Assembly (NCBI RefSeq): GCF_943913045.1
Contig: NZ_CALTVH010000001.1
Coordinates: forward strand, 24,264 to 88,263
Direction: 5' to 3'
Origin: an uncultured Ezakiella sp.
Lineage (GTDB): Bacteria > Bacillota > Clostridia > Tissierellales > Peptoniphilaceae
Length of the DNA: 64,000 bases
The translations under genes and the position numbers were made by a program. The notes under the pieces were generated by a model. The model was given only the letters and a program-made list of their open reading frames with translations, made no database searches and was not told the DNA's origin. Each line of letters opens with the position of its first letter. Position 1 is the stretch's first letter. Shown piece by piece: positions 30,508 through 39,629 of this stretch.

Positions 30508-30542
30508 AAATGAGTCAACAAAAAAAGTTGACAGGTGGTAAG

Positions 30543-30896
30543 ATGATCTATCATTTTGAAGCAAGTGTTTTGTATGATTTCTATAGTACTCTTTTAACTG
30601 ATAAACAAAAAGATGCTATTGATTTGTATTACAACGATGATTTGACTATGACAGAGATTGCCGATAATTTAGGCGTATCTAAACAGGCAGTTAGCAATTT
30701 GATTAAAAGTGCTAATGAGAAGCTGCAAGCCTTTGAAGAAGACCTTCACCTGGCTGATATGTTCTATAAGAGTCAAAAAATTAAAGAGGATTTATTTGCC
30801 TTGCACGAAAAGGGCAAGGAAACAGAAGATTTTCCTAAAGATATCCTCTTGGAAATCGAAAACATAATAGATGAATTTAAAAGTATTGAAAGGTGA
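30543..30896 (+). CDS. ylxM: YlxM/p13-family putative HTH protein (UPF0122) preceding ffh
   Basis: Conserved position upstream of ffh; sigma-70 region-4-like HTH; start moved to MIYHFEAS (RBS AGGTGGT) because track start 30510 is 3 nt after the -10 box. Confidence 0.7.
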   Translation: MIYHFEASVLYDFYSTLLTDKQKDAIDLYYNDDLTMTEIADNLGVSKQAVSNLIKSANEKLQAFEEDLHLADMFYKSQKIKEDLFALHEKGKETEDFPKDILLEIENIIDEFKSIER

Positions 30897-30899
30897 AAT

Positions 30900-32228
30900 A
30901 TGTTTGAGAGTTTAAGTGAAAGAATACAATCGTCCCTTGCTAAAATTACCGGAAAAGGAAAATTAAGCGAAAAAGACGTCGATATTGTTATGCGGGAAGT
31001 TAAGATGGCTCTTTTGGAGGCAGACGTAAACTTTAAAGTTGTTAAAGACTTTACAAAAACCGTTAAAGAACGCTGCGTAGGCAAAGAGGTCATGGAAAGC
31101 TTAACTCCTGCCCAACAAGTAATAAAAATTGTAAATGAAGAGCTGACTACACTTATGGGCGGCAAAGAAGAAAAAATTGATTTTTCTATTAAGCCAACTA
31201 TAATCTTGATGTGCGGCTTGCAAGGTGCTGGTAAGACAACAACAAGTGCAAAGCTAGCTGGACTTATGAAAAAAGAAGGTAAAAATCCAATGCTAGTCGG
31301 TGTTGATATTTATCGTCCAGCTGCTATTAAGCAACTTCAGGTTGTTGGTGAAAAGGTTAAGGTTCCAGTATTTGAAAAAGGGACTCAAGAACCTGCAAAA
31401 ACAGCAAAAGAAGCAGTAGAATATGCAAAGCAAAATAATCACGATGTAATCATAATAGACACGGCTGGTAGGCTTCACATTGACGAAGATTTAATGAATG
31501 AGTTAAGAGATATTAAATCTGCAGTTGATGTAAGTGAAATATTACTCGTTCTTGACTCTATGACCGGTCAAGACGCGGTTAATGTAGCCAAGTCTTTTAA
31601 TGACACACTAGAGCTTACTGGAGTTGTCTTAACAAAACTTGACGGCGACGCTCGTGGTGGTGCAGCTTTAAGTATTAGATCAGTAGTAGATAAGCCTATA
31701 AAGTTTATTACTACAGGCGAAAAGCTAGACAAGATTGAAAGCTTTAAGCCAGATAGACTTGCAAGTAGAATACTTGGAATGGGCGACGTACTAACCTTAA
31801 TCGAAAAAGCAGAAGCGGCCTACGATGAAAAGAAGGCTAAAGAACTTGAACAAAAAATGCGTGAGATGACCTTTACTCTTGATGACTTCCTAGATCAAAT
31901 GGAGCAAGTCAGAAAGATGGGGCCGATAAATGAGCTACTGGGAATGCTTCCTGGTGTTGGCAACAACAAGGCGCTTAAAAACATTCAAGTTGATGAAAAG
32001 CAAATGGCGAGAATAGAAGCTATTATAAAGAGTATGACCAAGGAAGAAAGGTATAAGCCTGAAATCATTGATCAATCTCGAAAAGACAGGATTGCATCTG
32101 GTGCTGGCGTGAAACCAAATGAGGTTTCAAAGCTTCTAAAACAGTTTAAAGATACAAAAAAAATGATGAAAAAATTCAATCAGATGTCAAAAAAATCTAA
32201 GGGAAGAATGGGAATGCCATTCTTTTAA
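30900..32228 (+). CDS. ffh: Signal recognition particle protein Ffh
   Basis: 442 aa; GLQGAGKTT, DTAGR, M-domain methionine-rich C-terminus. Confidence 0.95.
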   Translation: MFESLSERIQSSLAKITGKGKLSEKDVDIVMREVKMALLEADVNFKVVKDFTKTVKERCVGKEVMESLTPAQQVIKIVNEELTTLMGGKEEKIDFSIKPTIILMCGLQGAGKTTTSAKLAGLMKKEGKNPMLVGVDIYRPAAIKQLQVVGEKVKVPVFEKGTQEPAKTAKEAVEYAKQNNHDVIIIDTAGRLHIDEDLMNELRDIKSAVDVSEILLVLDSMTGQDAVNVAKSFNDTLELTGVVLTKLDGDARGGAALSIRSVVDKPIKFITTGEKLDKIESFKPDRLASRILGMGDVLTLIEKAEAAYDEKKAKELEQKMREMTFTLDDFLDQMEQVRKMGPINELLGMLPGVGNNKALKNIQVDEKQMARIEAIIKSMTKEERYKPEIIDQSRKDRIASGAGVKPNEVSKLLKQFKDTKKMMKKFNQMSKKSKGRMGMPFF

Positions 32229-32245
32229 TAAAGGAGGTGTAGGAA

Positions 32246-32554
32246 ATGGCAGTAAAAATTAGATTAAGAAGAATGGGATCAAAGAAGAATCCATTCTATC
32301 GTGTAGTTGTTGCAGACTCAAGAGCACCAAGAAATGGAAGATTCATTGAAGAAATTGGATATTACAATCCTGTAAGCAATCCAAAGGTTTGCAAGATCGA
32401 TGGTGACAGAGCAGAATACTGGATTGGCGTTGGTGCTAAACCAACAGATACAGTTAACTACTTGTTAAAACAATACAATGTTTTAGATGTTAAGTCTAAA
32501 GGTGTTGAAAAAGAAGTAGAAGTTGCTGAAGAAGAAAAAGAAACAGAGGTATAA
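32246..32554 (+). CDS. rpsP: 30S ribosomal protein S16 (with acidic C-terminal tail)
   Basis: [32 protein letters not shown]. Confidence 0.95.
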   Translation: MAVKIRLRRMGSKKNPFYRVVVADSRAPRNGRFIEEIGYYNPVSNPKVCKIDGDRAEYWIGVGAKPTDTVNYLLKQYNVLDVKSKGVEKEVEVAEEEKETEV

Positions 32555-32555
32555 G

Positions 32556-32792
32556 ATGCAAGCAAAAGAATTACTTGCCTACTTGGTAGACAACTTAGTA
32601 GTTAATAAGGAAGATGTTGTAATCGATGTAGATGAAACAGAAAATTCTATTAATTTAACCCTTCGTGTAAATCCAGACGATATGGGGAGGGTTATAGGTA
32701 GAAAGGGCAGAATTGCAAATAGTATTAGAACTATTTTAAAGGCTGCTAACTTTGAATCTACAAAGAATGTTAACTTGGAGATTGCTGATTAG
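32556..32792 (+). CDS. KH-domain RNA-binding protein (YlqC-like)
   Basis: RVIGRKGRIANSIRTILKA KH motif; conserved position between rpsP and rimM; start at ATG 32556 (track start 32523 overlaps rpsP). Confidence 0.75.
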   Translation: MQAKELLAYLVDNLVVNKEDVVIDVDETENSINLTLRVNPDDMGRVIGRKGRIANSIRTILKAANFESTKNVNLEIAD

Positions 32793-33292
32793 TGAACCTA
32801 GTTGAAATTGGAAAAATATCATCGAGCCATGGACTTAAGGGAGCCTTTAAAATTGAAAGATACATTGATGATATAGATGAATTCTTTCAGTTTAAAGAAA
32901 TTTATGTCTTTGGTTATAGTGAACCTTTTGAAGTAGCTGATGTATATACGAAAAAACAATCGGTTTATTTAAAACTAAATGGCATAGATGATATAGACAC
33001 AATTGAAAGACTTGTTGGTGATTCTATTTATGTAGATGAAGCTGATTTTTCAGAACTCAAGGATGGAGAATTTTTTCATAGAGATCTAATAGGTTTAGAT
33101 GTATATGAAGAAAATAAATGTATTGGCAAGGTTTCCGATGTAATCAATGGGACCAGCCAAGATATAATAGTTATTTCTCACAATGATGATGAAGCTATGA
33201 TTCCTTTTGTAAAAGAATTTTTTTCAAATATTGATATAGAAAACAATAAAATTGAAGTAAATTCGATAGAGGGTTTGATACCATGGTTATAA
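32792..33292 (+). CDS. rimM: Ribosome maturation factor RimM
   Basis: 166 aa; VEIGKISSSHGLKGAFKI N-terminus, PRC barrel C-domain; GTG start overlapping upstream stop. Confidence 0.85.
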   Translation: MNLVEIGKISSSHGLKGAFKIERYIDDIDEFFQFKEIYVFGYSEPFEVADVYTKKQSVYLKLNGIDDIDTIERLVGDSIYVDEADFSELKDGEFFHRDLIGLDVYEENKCIGKVSDVINGTSQDIIVISHNDDEAMIPFVKEFFSNIDIENNKIEVNSIEGLIPWL

Positions 33293-34014
33293 ATTGTCTG
33301 ACTACTTTTCCAGAATTTATTGAAAATATGAAATCTTATTCTATTATAAAAAGAGCAATAGAAGATGGCAAAGTAGAGTTAAATACTATTAATATCAGAG
33401 ATTTCTCTAATGATCCCAATAGGAGAACTGATGATTATCCATATGGCGGGGGGCTTGGCATGTTAATGACTTGCCAACCAATTGTAGATGCAATTCATTC
33501 TATAAAAATTCCAGGCAAGAGAATTTACCTGGGGCCAGCTGGGAAGAAACTAGATCAAGATTTGCTAAATGAATTATCAAAAGAAGAAAATTTAACTTTT
33601 CTATGTGGACATTATGAGGGCGTTGACCAACGCGTAATTGACAATTATATTGATATGGAAATATCTGTTGGAGATTATGTACTAACAGGTGGAGAAATTC
33701 CATTTATGGTTGTTATGGATGGTATTACAAGGTTGATACCGGGCGTATTAAAAGAAGATGCAAGCTTTGAAATTGAATCTTTTTATAATGGTTTATTAGA
33801 ACATCCACAGTACACTAGACCATACGAATTTGAAGGGGAAAAAGTGCCAGATATTTTATTATCTGGTGACCATGAAAAAGTTAGATTATATAACTTGAAA
33901 GAGTCTCTAAGACTAACAAAAGAAAAAAGACCAGAATTGTATGAACAATTTATGGAAAATAATAAAGAAAATAAAGATATAAAAAAATTATTAAAAGAGG
34001 AAGGAGGTAACTAG
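33283..34014 (+). CDS. trmD: tRNA (guanine37-N1)-methyltransferase
   Basis: 243 aa SPOUT methyltransferase; overlaps rimM end. Confidence 0.95.
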   Translation: MVINCLTTFPEFIENMKSYSIIKRAIEDGKVELNTINIRDFSNDPNRRTDDYPYGGGLGMLMTCQPIVDAIHSIKIPGKRIYLGPAGKKLDQDLLNELSKEENLTFLCGHYEGVDQRVIDNYIDMEISVGDYVLTGGEIPFMVVMDGITRLIPGVLKEDASFEIESFYNGLLEHPQYTRPYEFEGEKVPDILLSGDHEKVRLYNLKESLRLTKEKRPELYEQFMENNKENKDIKKLLKEEGGN

Positions 34015-34015
34015 G

Positions 34016-34357
34016 ATGAATGTACTAGATGCTTTAAATAAAGAACAATTAAAATCTGATATTCCAAACTTTAGAGTAGGGGATACAGTACAAGTACACT
34101 ACAAGGTCGTAGAAGGTACAAGGGAAAGAATTCAAGTTTATGAAGGAACTGTTATTAAACGCCAAGGTGGCGCTGTTCAAGAAACATTTACAGTTAGAAG
34201 ACTTTCATACGGTGTAGGTGTTGAAAGAACATTCCCACTTCACTCACCAAGAATTGACAAAATTGTAGTTACAAGAAAAGGCCGTGTTCGTCGTGCTAAA
34301 CTTTACTACTTAAGAGATCGTCAAGGTAAGGCCGCAAAGGTTAAAGAAGTTAAATAA
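34016..34357 (+). CDS. rplS: 50S ribosomal protein L19
   Basis: 113 aa; [16 protein letters not shown]. Confidence 0.95.
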   Translation: MNVLDALNKEQLKSDIPNFRVGDTVQVHYKVVEGTRERIQVYEGTVIKRQGGAVQETFTVRRLSYGVGVERTFPLHSPRIDKIVVTRKGRVRRAKLYYLRDRQGKAAKVKEVK

Positions 34358-34413
34358 GTATAATTAATCAAAGGGGCATGCATGCTCCTTTTTTTATAAT
34401 AAAGGAGGATATT

Positions 34414-35268
34414 ATGAGTTGGTATCCAGGCCACATGAAAAAAGCTATAGAAGAAATTGAAAGCAAATTAAAGCTAGTAGATATGGTTATTGAGGTTGTC
34501 GATGCCAGAGTTCCAGTTGCTACACTAAATCCAATATTTGATCGATTATTTGCTAACAAAGAAAGACTTTTACTATTAAGTAAAAGTGACCTTGCTGATC
34601 CAAAGGCAACTGAGGAATTTGTTAATAAATTTAATGAAGACAGGACAAGTTTTGAAGTTAATTTATCCAATAGAAATGATATTAATAGAATTTTAAAAGA
34701 AATAAGTAATATAAAAAATAAAATGTTGGAAGAAAAAGACGGCCGAGTTGAAGATTTTAATTTAAAACTGATTGTGGTCGGTATGCCTAATGTGGGCAAA
34801 TCTACACTTTTAAATGCGCTAAAAGGCAAAAAATCTGCTCGCGTTGGAAACACACCAGGGCTTACAAAAAATCAGCAGTGGGTAAAGACAGATTATGGTT
34901 TTATGATTTTGGATACACCAGGCATTCTTTCGACTTCACGCAAAAATAAAACACTGGTAAACAATTTAAAACTTGTAAATGGCATTGAAAATATAGAAGA
35001 TGATCCAGCAGAACTTGCAATTATTTTGATAGATATATTAAAAGACTTATATCCTGGAGTTTTAAAAGAGAGATACGATGTAGACGAAGACGCCGATAGA
35101 GTTGCAATACTTGAGGATATAGGCAGAGCTCGCGGCACGCTTTTGCGTGGAGGAGAAATCGATTATTCAAGAGCAGGACAAATATTATTGCAAGATTTTA
35201 GGTCAGGAAAATTGGGTAGAATTTCCTTGGAGAGAGTAGATGACTTGGATAGAACAGACGAGGAATGA
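34414..35268 (+). CDS. rbgA: Ribosome biogenesis GTPase A (YlqF/RbgA)
   Basis: Circularly permuted GTPase: MSWYPGHMKKA start, GMPNVGKST, DTPG motifs; start at ATG 34414 (RBS AAGGAGG). Confidence 0.9.
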   Translation: MSWYPGHMKKAIEEIESKLKLVDMVIEVVDARVPVATLNPIFDRLFANKERLLLLSKSDLADPKATEEFVNKFNEDRTSFEVNLSNRNDINRILKEISNIKNKMLEEKDGRVEDFNLKLIVVGMPNVGKSTLLNALKGKKSARVGNTPGLTKNQQWVKTDYGFMILDTPGILSTSRKNKTLVNNLKLVNGIENIEDDPAELAIILIDILKDLYPGVLKERYDVDEDADRVAILEDIGRARGTLLRGGEIDYSRAGQILLQDFRSGKLGRISLERVDDLDRTDEE

Positions 35269-35830
35269 AGAATATATAATGGGCGTGGATGAGGTTGGCA
35301 GAGGACCGCTATTTGGCGGGGTCGCTGCGGCTGCTCTTATCATGCCCAAAAATATTTTTATTATGGGAATAAATGATTCCAAAAAACTTTCAGAGAAAAA
35401 GCGTAATTTATTTTTTAATGAAATTTGGAAGAGGTCACTTGCAATTGGACTTGGCTATATGGACGAGAAAGTAATTGACAAGGTAAATATTCTAGAAGCT
35501 ACGAAGATGGCCATGGACCAAGCCATAAAAAATGCAAGTAAAATCCTTAAGCCAGATTTGATAATCGTTGACTCGGTTAAGCTGAGTGGATATGACAATT
35601 TAATTTCAATAGATCATGGGGATGTGATTAGTTATAATGTTGCTGCAGCATCAATAGTTGCAAAAGTATCTAGGGATAACTTATGCTATGGATGGGATAA
35701 AATATATCCAGGCTATGATTTAAAAAACAATAAGGGATACGGAACAAAGAAGCACTACTTAGGTTTAGACCAAGAAGGCACAAGCGACTTGCATAGGAGG
35801 AGTTTTTTAAAAAAATATGAAAACAGATAA
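35240..35830 (+). CDS. rnhB: Ribonuclease HII
   Basis: GVDEVGRGPLFG catalytic motif; start is either ATG 35240 (29-nt overlap with rbgA) or ATG 35279. Confidence 0.85.
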   Translation: MTWIEQTRNEEYIMGVDEVGRGPLFGGVAAAALIMPKNIFIMGINDSKKLSEKKRNLFFNEIWKRSLAIGLGYMDEKVIDKVNILEATKMAMDQAIKNASKILKPDLIIVDSVKLSGYDNLISIDHGDVISYNVAAASIVAKVSRDNLCYGWDKIYPGYDLKNNKGYGTKKHYLGLDQEGTSDLHRRSFLKKYENR

Positions 35831-36182
35831 TAAAGTAGTTGGTAATCTTGGGGAGGATATGGCTTGTAAGTATTTGCAAGAAAAAAACTACTATATACTT
35901 GAAAGAAACTATAGGAACAGGCTTGGTGAAATCGATATAATTGCAATGGATCGGGGAGTGCTTGTTTTCGTAGAAGTAAAAGCTAGAAAAAACAGGAGAT
36001 TTGGTCTGCCTCAAGAAGCTGTAAATGATATAAAGAGGCATAAAATAGATAAAACAGCTAATCTGTTTGTTGCTGAGAAAAATTGGTATAAATTAAGAAG
36101 GAGATATGATATAATAGAAATAATATTTGATGAGGACTATATTAACCATATAGAAAATGCCTTTCAGATATCGGAATTCTAA
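35817..36182 (+). CDS. yraN: YraN-family (UPF0102) putative endonuclease
   Basis: 121 aa; GEDMACKYL ... GEIDIIAMD ... VFVEVKAR motif; conserved neighbour of rnhB. Confidence 0.75.
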   Translation: MKTDNKVVGNLGEDMACKYLQEKNYYILERNYRNRLGEIDIIAMDRGVLVFVEVKARKNRRFGLPQEAVNDIKRHKIDKTANLFVAEKNWYKLRRRYDIIEIIFDEDYINHIENAFQISEF

Positions 36183-36211
36183 GTGAAAATAATAAACAGA
36201 GGGGACAAAAA

Positions 36212-36973
36212 ATGATATTATATTTTTCGGGGACTGGGAATAGCCAGTATCTAGCAGAATCACTGGCAAAAGAAATAGATGATACAGCTTTGGATCTTTT
36301 TTCATATATAAAAAGTAATCAAAAAGAAATATTTAATTCAGATAAAGCCTTTGTGTTGATTACACCTACATATTCTTGGCGGGTGCCAAGGTTTATAACT
36401 GAATACTTAAGTAAATGCGAGTTTACAGGCAGCAAAGATATGTATGTAATTCTTAACTATGGATCATCATCTGGCAATGCCTACAAATATATAAAAGAAG
36501 ATGTGAGATCATGGGGCTTAAACTTTATGGGCCTTTATGGTATTAAAATGCCTGAAAATTATATAATGCTATTTAATCTTGATGATGCAGAAACAAATAA
36601 TAATATAGTTCTGGATGCCACTAAAGAGATAAGTAAAATCGCAGATATTATAAACAACAAAGATCAATTTAAAAAAGGCAAAATAAATTTAATAGACCGT
36701 TTTATATCTGGACCAGTAAACAGTTTTTTCTTTAAGTTTATGGTTAAGGATAAAAAGTTCTATTATACAGAAAAATGTATAAAATGTAGTAAATGCTCAC
36801 AAGTATGTGTTTTAAACAATATAGATTATGTCGATGGATATCCTCGTTGGAATGGCAATTGCACCCATTGTGCTGCCTGCATTTCCAAGTGCCCGACTGG
36901 TGCTATTGAATATGGCAAGAAAACTGTTGGCAAGGATAGGTACTTACTTAATAAAATAATAAAAAACAATTAA
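36212..36973 (+). CDS. EFR1-family flavodoxin-like / 4Fe-4S ferredoxin fusion protein
   Basis: N-terminal flavodoxin fold (ILYFSGTGNSQ), C-terminal two ferredoxin-type Cys clusters CIKCSKCSQVC and CTHCAACISKCP. Confidence 0.7.
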   Translation: MILYFSGTGNSQYLAESLAKEIDDTALDLFSYIKSNQKEIFNSDKAFVLITPTYSWRVPRFITEYLSKCEFTGSKDMYVILNYGSSSGNAYKYIKEDVRSWGLNFMGLYGIKMPENYIMLFNLDDAETNNNIVLDATKEISKIADIINNKDQFKKGKINLIDRFISGPVNSFFFKFMVKDKKFYYTEKCIKCSKCSQVCVLNNIDYVDGYPRWNGNCTHCAACISKCPTGAIEYGKKTVGKDRYLLNKIIKNN

Positions 36974-36984
36974 TAGGAGGAGAT

Positions 36985-38511
36985 ATGTATTCAAGCGTAA
37001 AGAGTGCTGCACTTACAGGACTTATAGGAAGCATGATAGAAGTTGAATGCGACGTATCTGGAGGTGGCCAAGCCGCTTTTAATATAGTTGGTCTGCCTGA
37101 TGCTGCAATTAGGGAATCGAAAGAGCGGGTAACAAGGGCTGTTATAAATTCTGGAATCAGATTTCCTTTGGATAAGAGAATTACAATTAACCTTGCTCCT
37201 GCAAGTATAAAAAAAGAAGGATCGCACACTGACCTCGCGATTGCAGTTGCTGTATTAACTGCTAATGGAGACTTGGTCGAGGGGAGTTCAGACCCTTATA
37301 TTTTTATTGGCGAATTAAGCCTAGAAGGAAAATTAAATGCAGTCGAAGGCGTTTTACCTATGGTAATTTCTATGAGGGACTTGGGTTACCGTAAATTTGT
37401 TGTGCCTTTTGCCAATAGAAAAGAGTGTTCTATTTTAAAAGATGTTGATGTTTATGCTTTTGAATATATAAGAGATGTATTTGCATTTTTAAATAATGAA
37501 AGAGAGTTCAAGCCATTTAAATCAGATGCAGATATAAATAAAGAAGTTCATTACGATGTTGATTTTTCAGAAATAAAGTCTCAAGAGACCCTTAAGAGAG
37601 CGCTTGAAATTGCAGCCGCAGGGAATCACAACATTTTAATTATTGGACCTCCAGGAGCTGGTAAAACAATGGCAGCAAGGAGACTTCCAACTATCCTTCC
37701 AGATATGACTGAAGAAGAGGCCATAGAAGTAACAAAAATATATTCAGTTGCAGGACTTACAACAGATGATGGATTAATAAGAACAAGACCTTTCAGGTCG
37801 CCACACCATAGCTCAAGTTCAGTTGCTGTGGTTGGTGGTGGGAGAATACCAAAACCAGGTGAGGTAAGCCTTGCTCATAATGGGGTATTGTTTTTGGATG
37901 AACTACCAGAATTTAATAGGAGTACACTTGAAGTCTTGAGGCAACCTTTGGAAGATGGAGTTGTAAATATCTCTCGTGTAAATGCACAAATAACTTATCC
38001 TGCAAATTTTATGTTTGTTGCATCGATGAATCCATGTCCATGTGGGTACTATGGAGACCCAAATCATGAGTGTACATGTACCCAAAATCAAATCGACAGA
38101 TATCTTGGAAAGATATCGAATCCACTTCTAGATAGGATTGATATGCACATTGAGGTTTCTGCTGTAAACTACGATGATTTGAAGGGTAAAGCAGAAGGCG
38201 AAAAATCTAAAGATATTCGCCAGAGGGTTAATAATGCTAGGAACCTACAGGTTGAAAGATATAAAGATATAAATATTACTAACAATTCACAGCTTTCTGG
38301 CAAACACTTGCATGAATATATACACTTGACAGATAGTTCTGAAAAGATTTTAGATATGGCTTATAAAAAATATTCTTTTTCCGCTAGGGCCTACAATAAA
38401 ATATTAAAACTAGCCAGGACGATTGCGGACTTGGATTCTTCAGAAAATATTAGAGATGAGCACTTGCTAGAGGCCTTGAGATACAGGTCTTTTGATTCAA
38501 AGTATTTTTAA
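36985..38511 (+). CDS. YifB/ComM-family Mg-chelatase-like AAA+ ATPase
   Basis: 508 aa; Lon-like N-domain, Walker A GPPGAGKTM, Mg chelatase subunit ChlI C-domain. Confidence 0.85.
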   Translation: MYSSVKSAALTGLIGSMIEVECDVSGGGQAAFNIVGLPDAAIRESKERVTRAVINSGIRFPLDKRITINLAPASIKKEGSHTDLAIAVAVLTANGDLVEGSSDPYIFIGELSLEGKLNAVEGVLPMVISMRDLGYRKFVVPFANRKECSILKDVDVYAFEYIRDVFAFLNNEREFKPFKSDADINKEVHYDVDFSEIKSQETLKRALEIAAAGNHNILIIGPPGAGKTMAARRLPTILPDMTEEEAIEVTKIYSVAGLTTDDGLIRTRPFRSPHHSSSSVAVVGGGRIPKPGEVSLAHNGVLFLDELPEFNRSTLEVLRQPLEDGVVNISRVNAQITYPANFMFVASMNPCPCGYYGDPNHECTCTQNQIDRYLGKISNPLLDRIDMHIEVSAVNYDDLKGKAEGEKSKDIRQRVNNARNLQVERYKDINITNNSQLSGKHLHEYIHLTDSSEKILDMAYKKYSFSARAYNKILKLARTIADLDSSENIRDEHLLEALRYRSFDSKYF

Positions 38512-38513
38512 AT

Positions 38514-39614
38514 ATGATTAATAACAGAGAAGCACTTGTTTGGTTAAACTATTTATTTATCCAAAACAAGCAAATATTAAAATTAATTGAATATTTTGGT
38601 GATATTAAAGAAATTTTTTCCTGCGATAGAAAAGAAGTAGAAAATTCTGCTATCTTAACTGAGGATAAGATTGATTTTATAATGTCTTCCAGGGATGAAA
38701 ATAAAATAAAAAAGATTTTTAAAGAATACGAGAATTTCGGGGCCAATATTATTACAATTTTTGATGACGAATATCCAAAAAGACTTAGTAATGTGGATGA
38801 TGCACCCGCTGTTTTGTATGTAAAGGGCGAAATTCTTCCTCAAGATGAGCTTGCCTTTTCTATTGTCGGCAGCAGAAAGATAACCGAATATGGCAAAGAA
38901 AGCTGTAGGTATATTGCAAGTGACCTAGCCAAAAATGGGATTACAATTATTTCGGGCATGGCCAACGGGGCTGATACAGTTGCACATAAAGCGGCTTTAG
39001 AAGTCGGCGGCCGAACAATTGCTGTTTTGGGTACGGGTTTAAATGTGATTTATCCAAAGAGAAATGAAAAACTCTATCATGAAATTGCTCAAAACGGGGC
39101 TGTAATAAGTGAATTTCCTGCCAACACAAAGGGGGCTCCATATAATTTTCCACGCAGAAATCGTATAGTAAGTGGACTTGGCTTGGGCGTTTTGGTTGTA
39201 GAAGCCAAGGAAAAAAGTGGGTCTTTAATTACCGCGGGAATTGCTGGAGAGCAAGGCAGAGATGTGTTTGCAATTCCTGGGAATATAAACAGTGTTTACT
39301 CTAGGGGAGCCAATAGATTGATTCAAGATGGAGCAAAACTTGTAATTTCTCCTCAAGATATATATAATGAAGTTCGTGAATTTGAAGAATTTACTGATGA
39401 CTATAAATCAAAAGAAGTTTTGACAAATGATTTAGACTTATCTGACGAAGAAAAATCCATAGTTGAAGCCCTCCAACTGGGAGAATTCTCTATGGATGAA
39501 ATAATGGATAAGATTGAACTTGATGTTCAAACAACGCAAATGCTTATAACAAAACTTGAATTACTTGATATTGTAAAGAGCACAGCTGCTGGAAAATATA
39601 TGTTAAAACTTTAG
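38514..39614 (+). CDS. dprA: DNA processing protein DprA (Smf)
   Basis: 366 aa; Rossmann-like DprA core (GMANGADT, GLGVLVVEA); conserved yifB-dprA-topA order. Confidence 0.85.
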   Translation: MINNREALVWLNYLFIQNKQILKLIEYFGDIKEIFSCDRKEVENSAILTEDKIDFIMSSRDENKIKKIFKEYENFGANIITIFDDEYPKRLSNVDDAPAVLYVKGEILPQDELAFSIVGSRKITEYGKESCRYIASDLAKNGITIISGMANGADTVAHKAALEVGGRTIAVLGTGLNVIYPKRNEKLYHEIAQNGAVISEFPANTKGAPYNFPRRNRIVSGLGLGVLVVEAKEKSGSLITAGIAGEQGRDVFAIPGNINSVYSRGANRLIQDGAKLVISPQDIYNEVREFEEFTDDYKSKEVLTNDLDLSDEEKSIVEALQLGEFSMDEIMDKIELDVQTTQMLITKLELLDIVKSTAAGKYMLKL

Positions 39615-39629
39615 AAAGGAAGTTATATT

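Noticed and set aside
34368-34853. 161-aa minus-strand ORF antisense to rbgA
   Set aside because: Low-complexity S/L/I-rich product, no RBS, fully inside a conserved GTPase gene. The same judgement applies to other antisense ORFs (13555..14151, 57125..57628, 30773..31165, 49056..49409, 50336..50635, 62470..62796).
36212-39614. Flavodoxin/ferredoxin fusion + YifB + DprA considered as a novel competence or defence module
   Set aside because: yifB-dprA-topA is a widely conserved housekeeping arrangement. The EFR1-type ferredoxin has its own RBS and is a common stand-alone redox protein; nothing ties it functionally to the neighbours.
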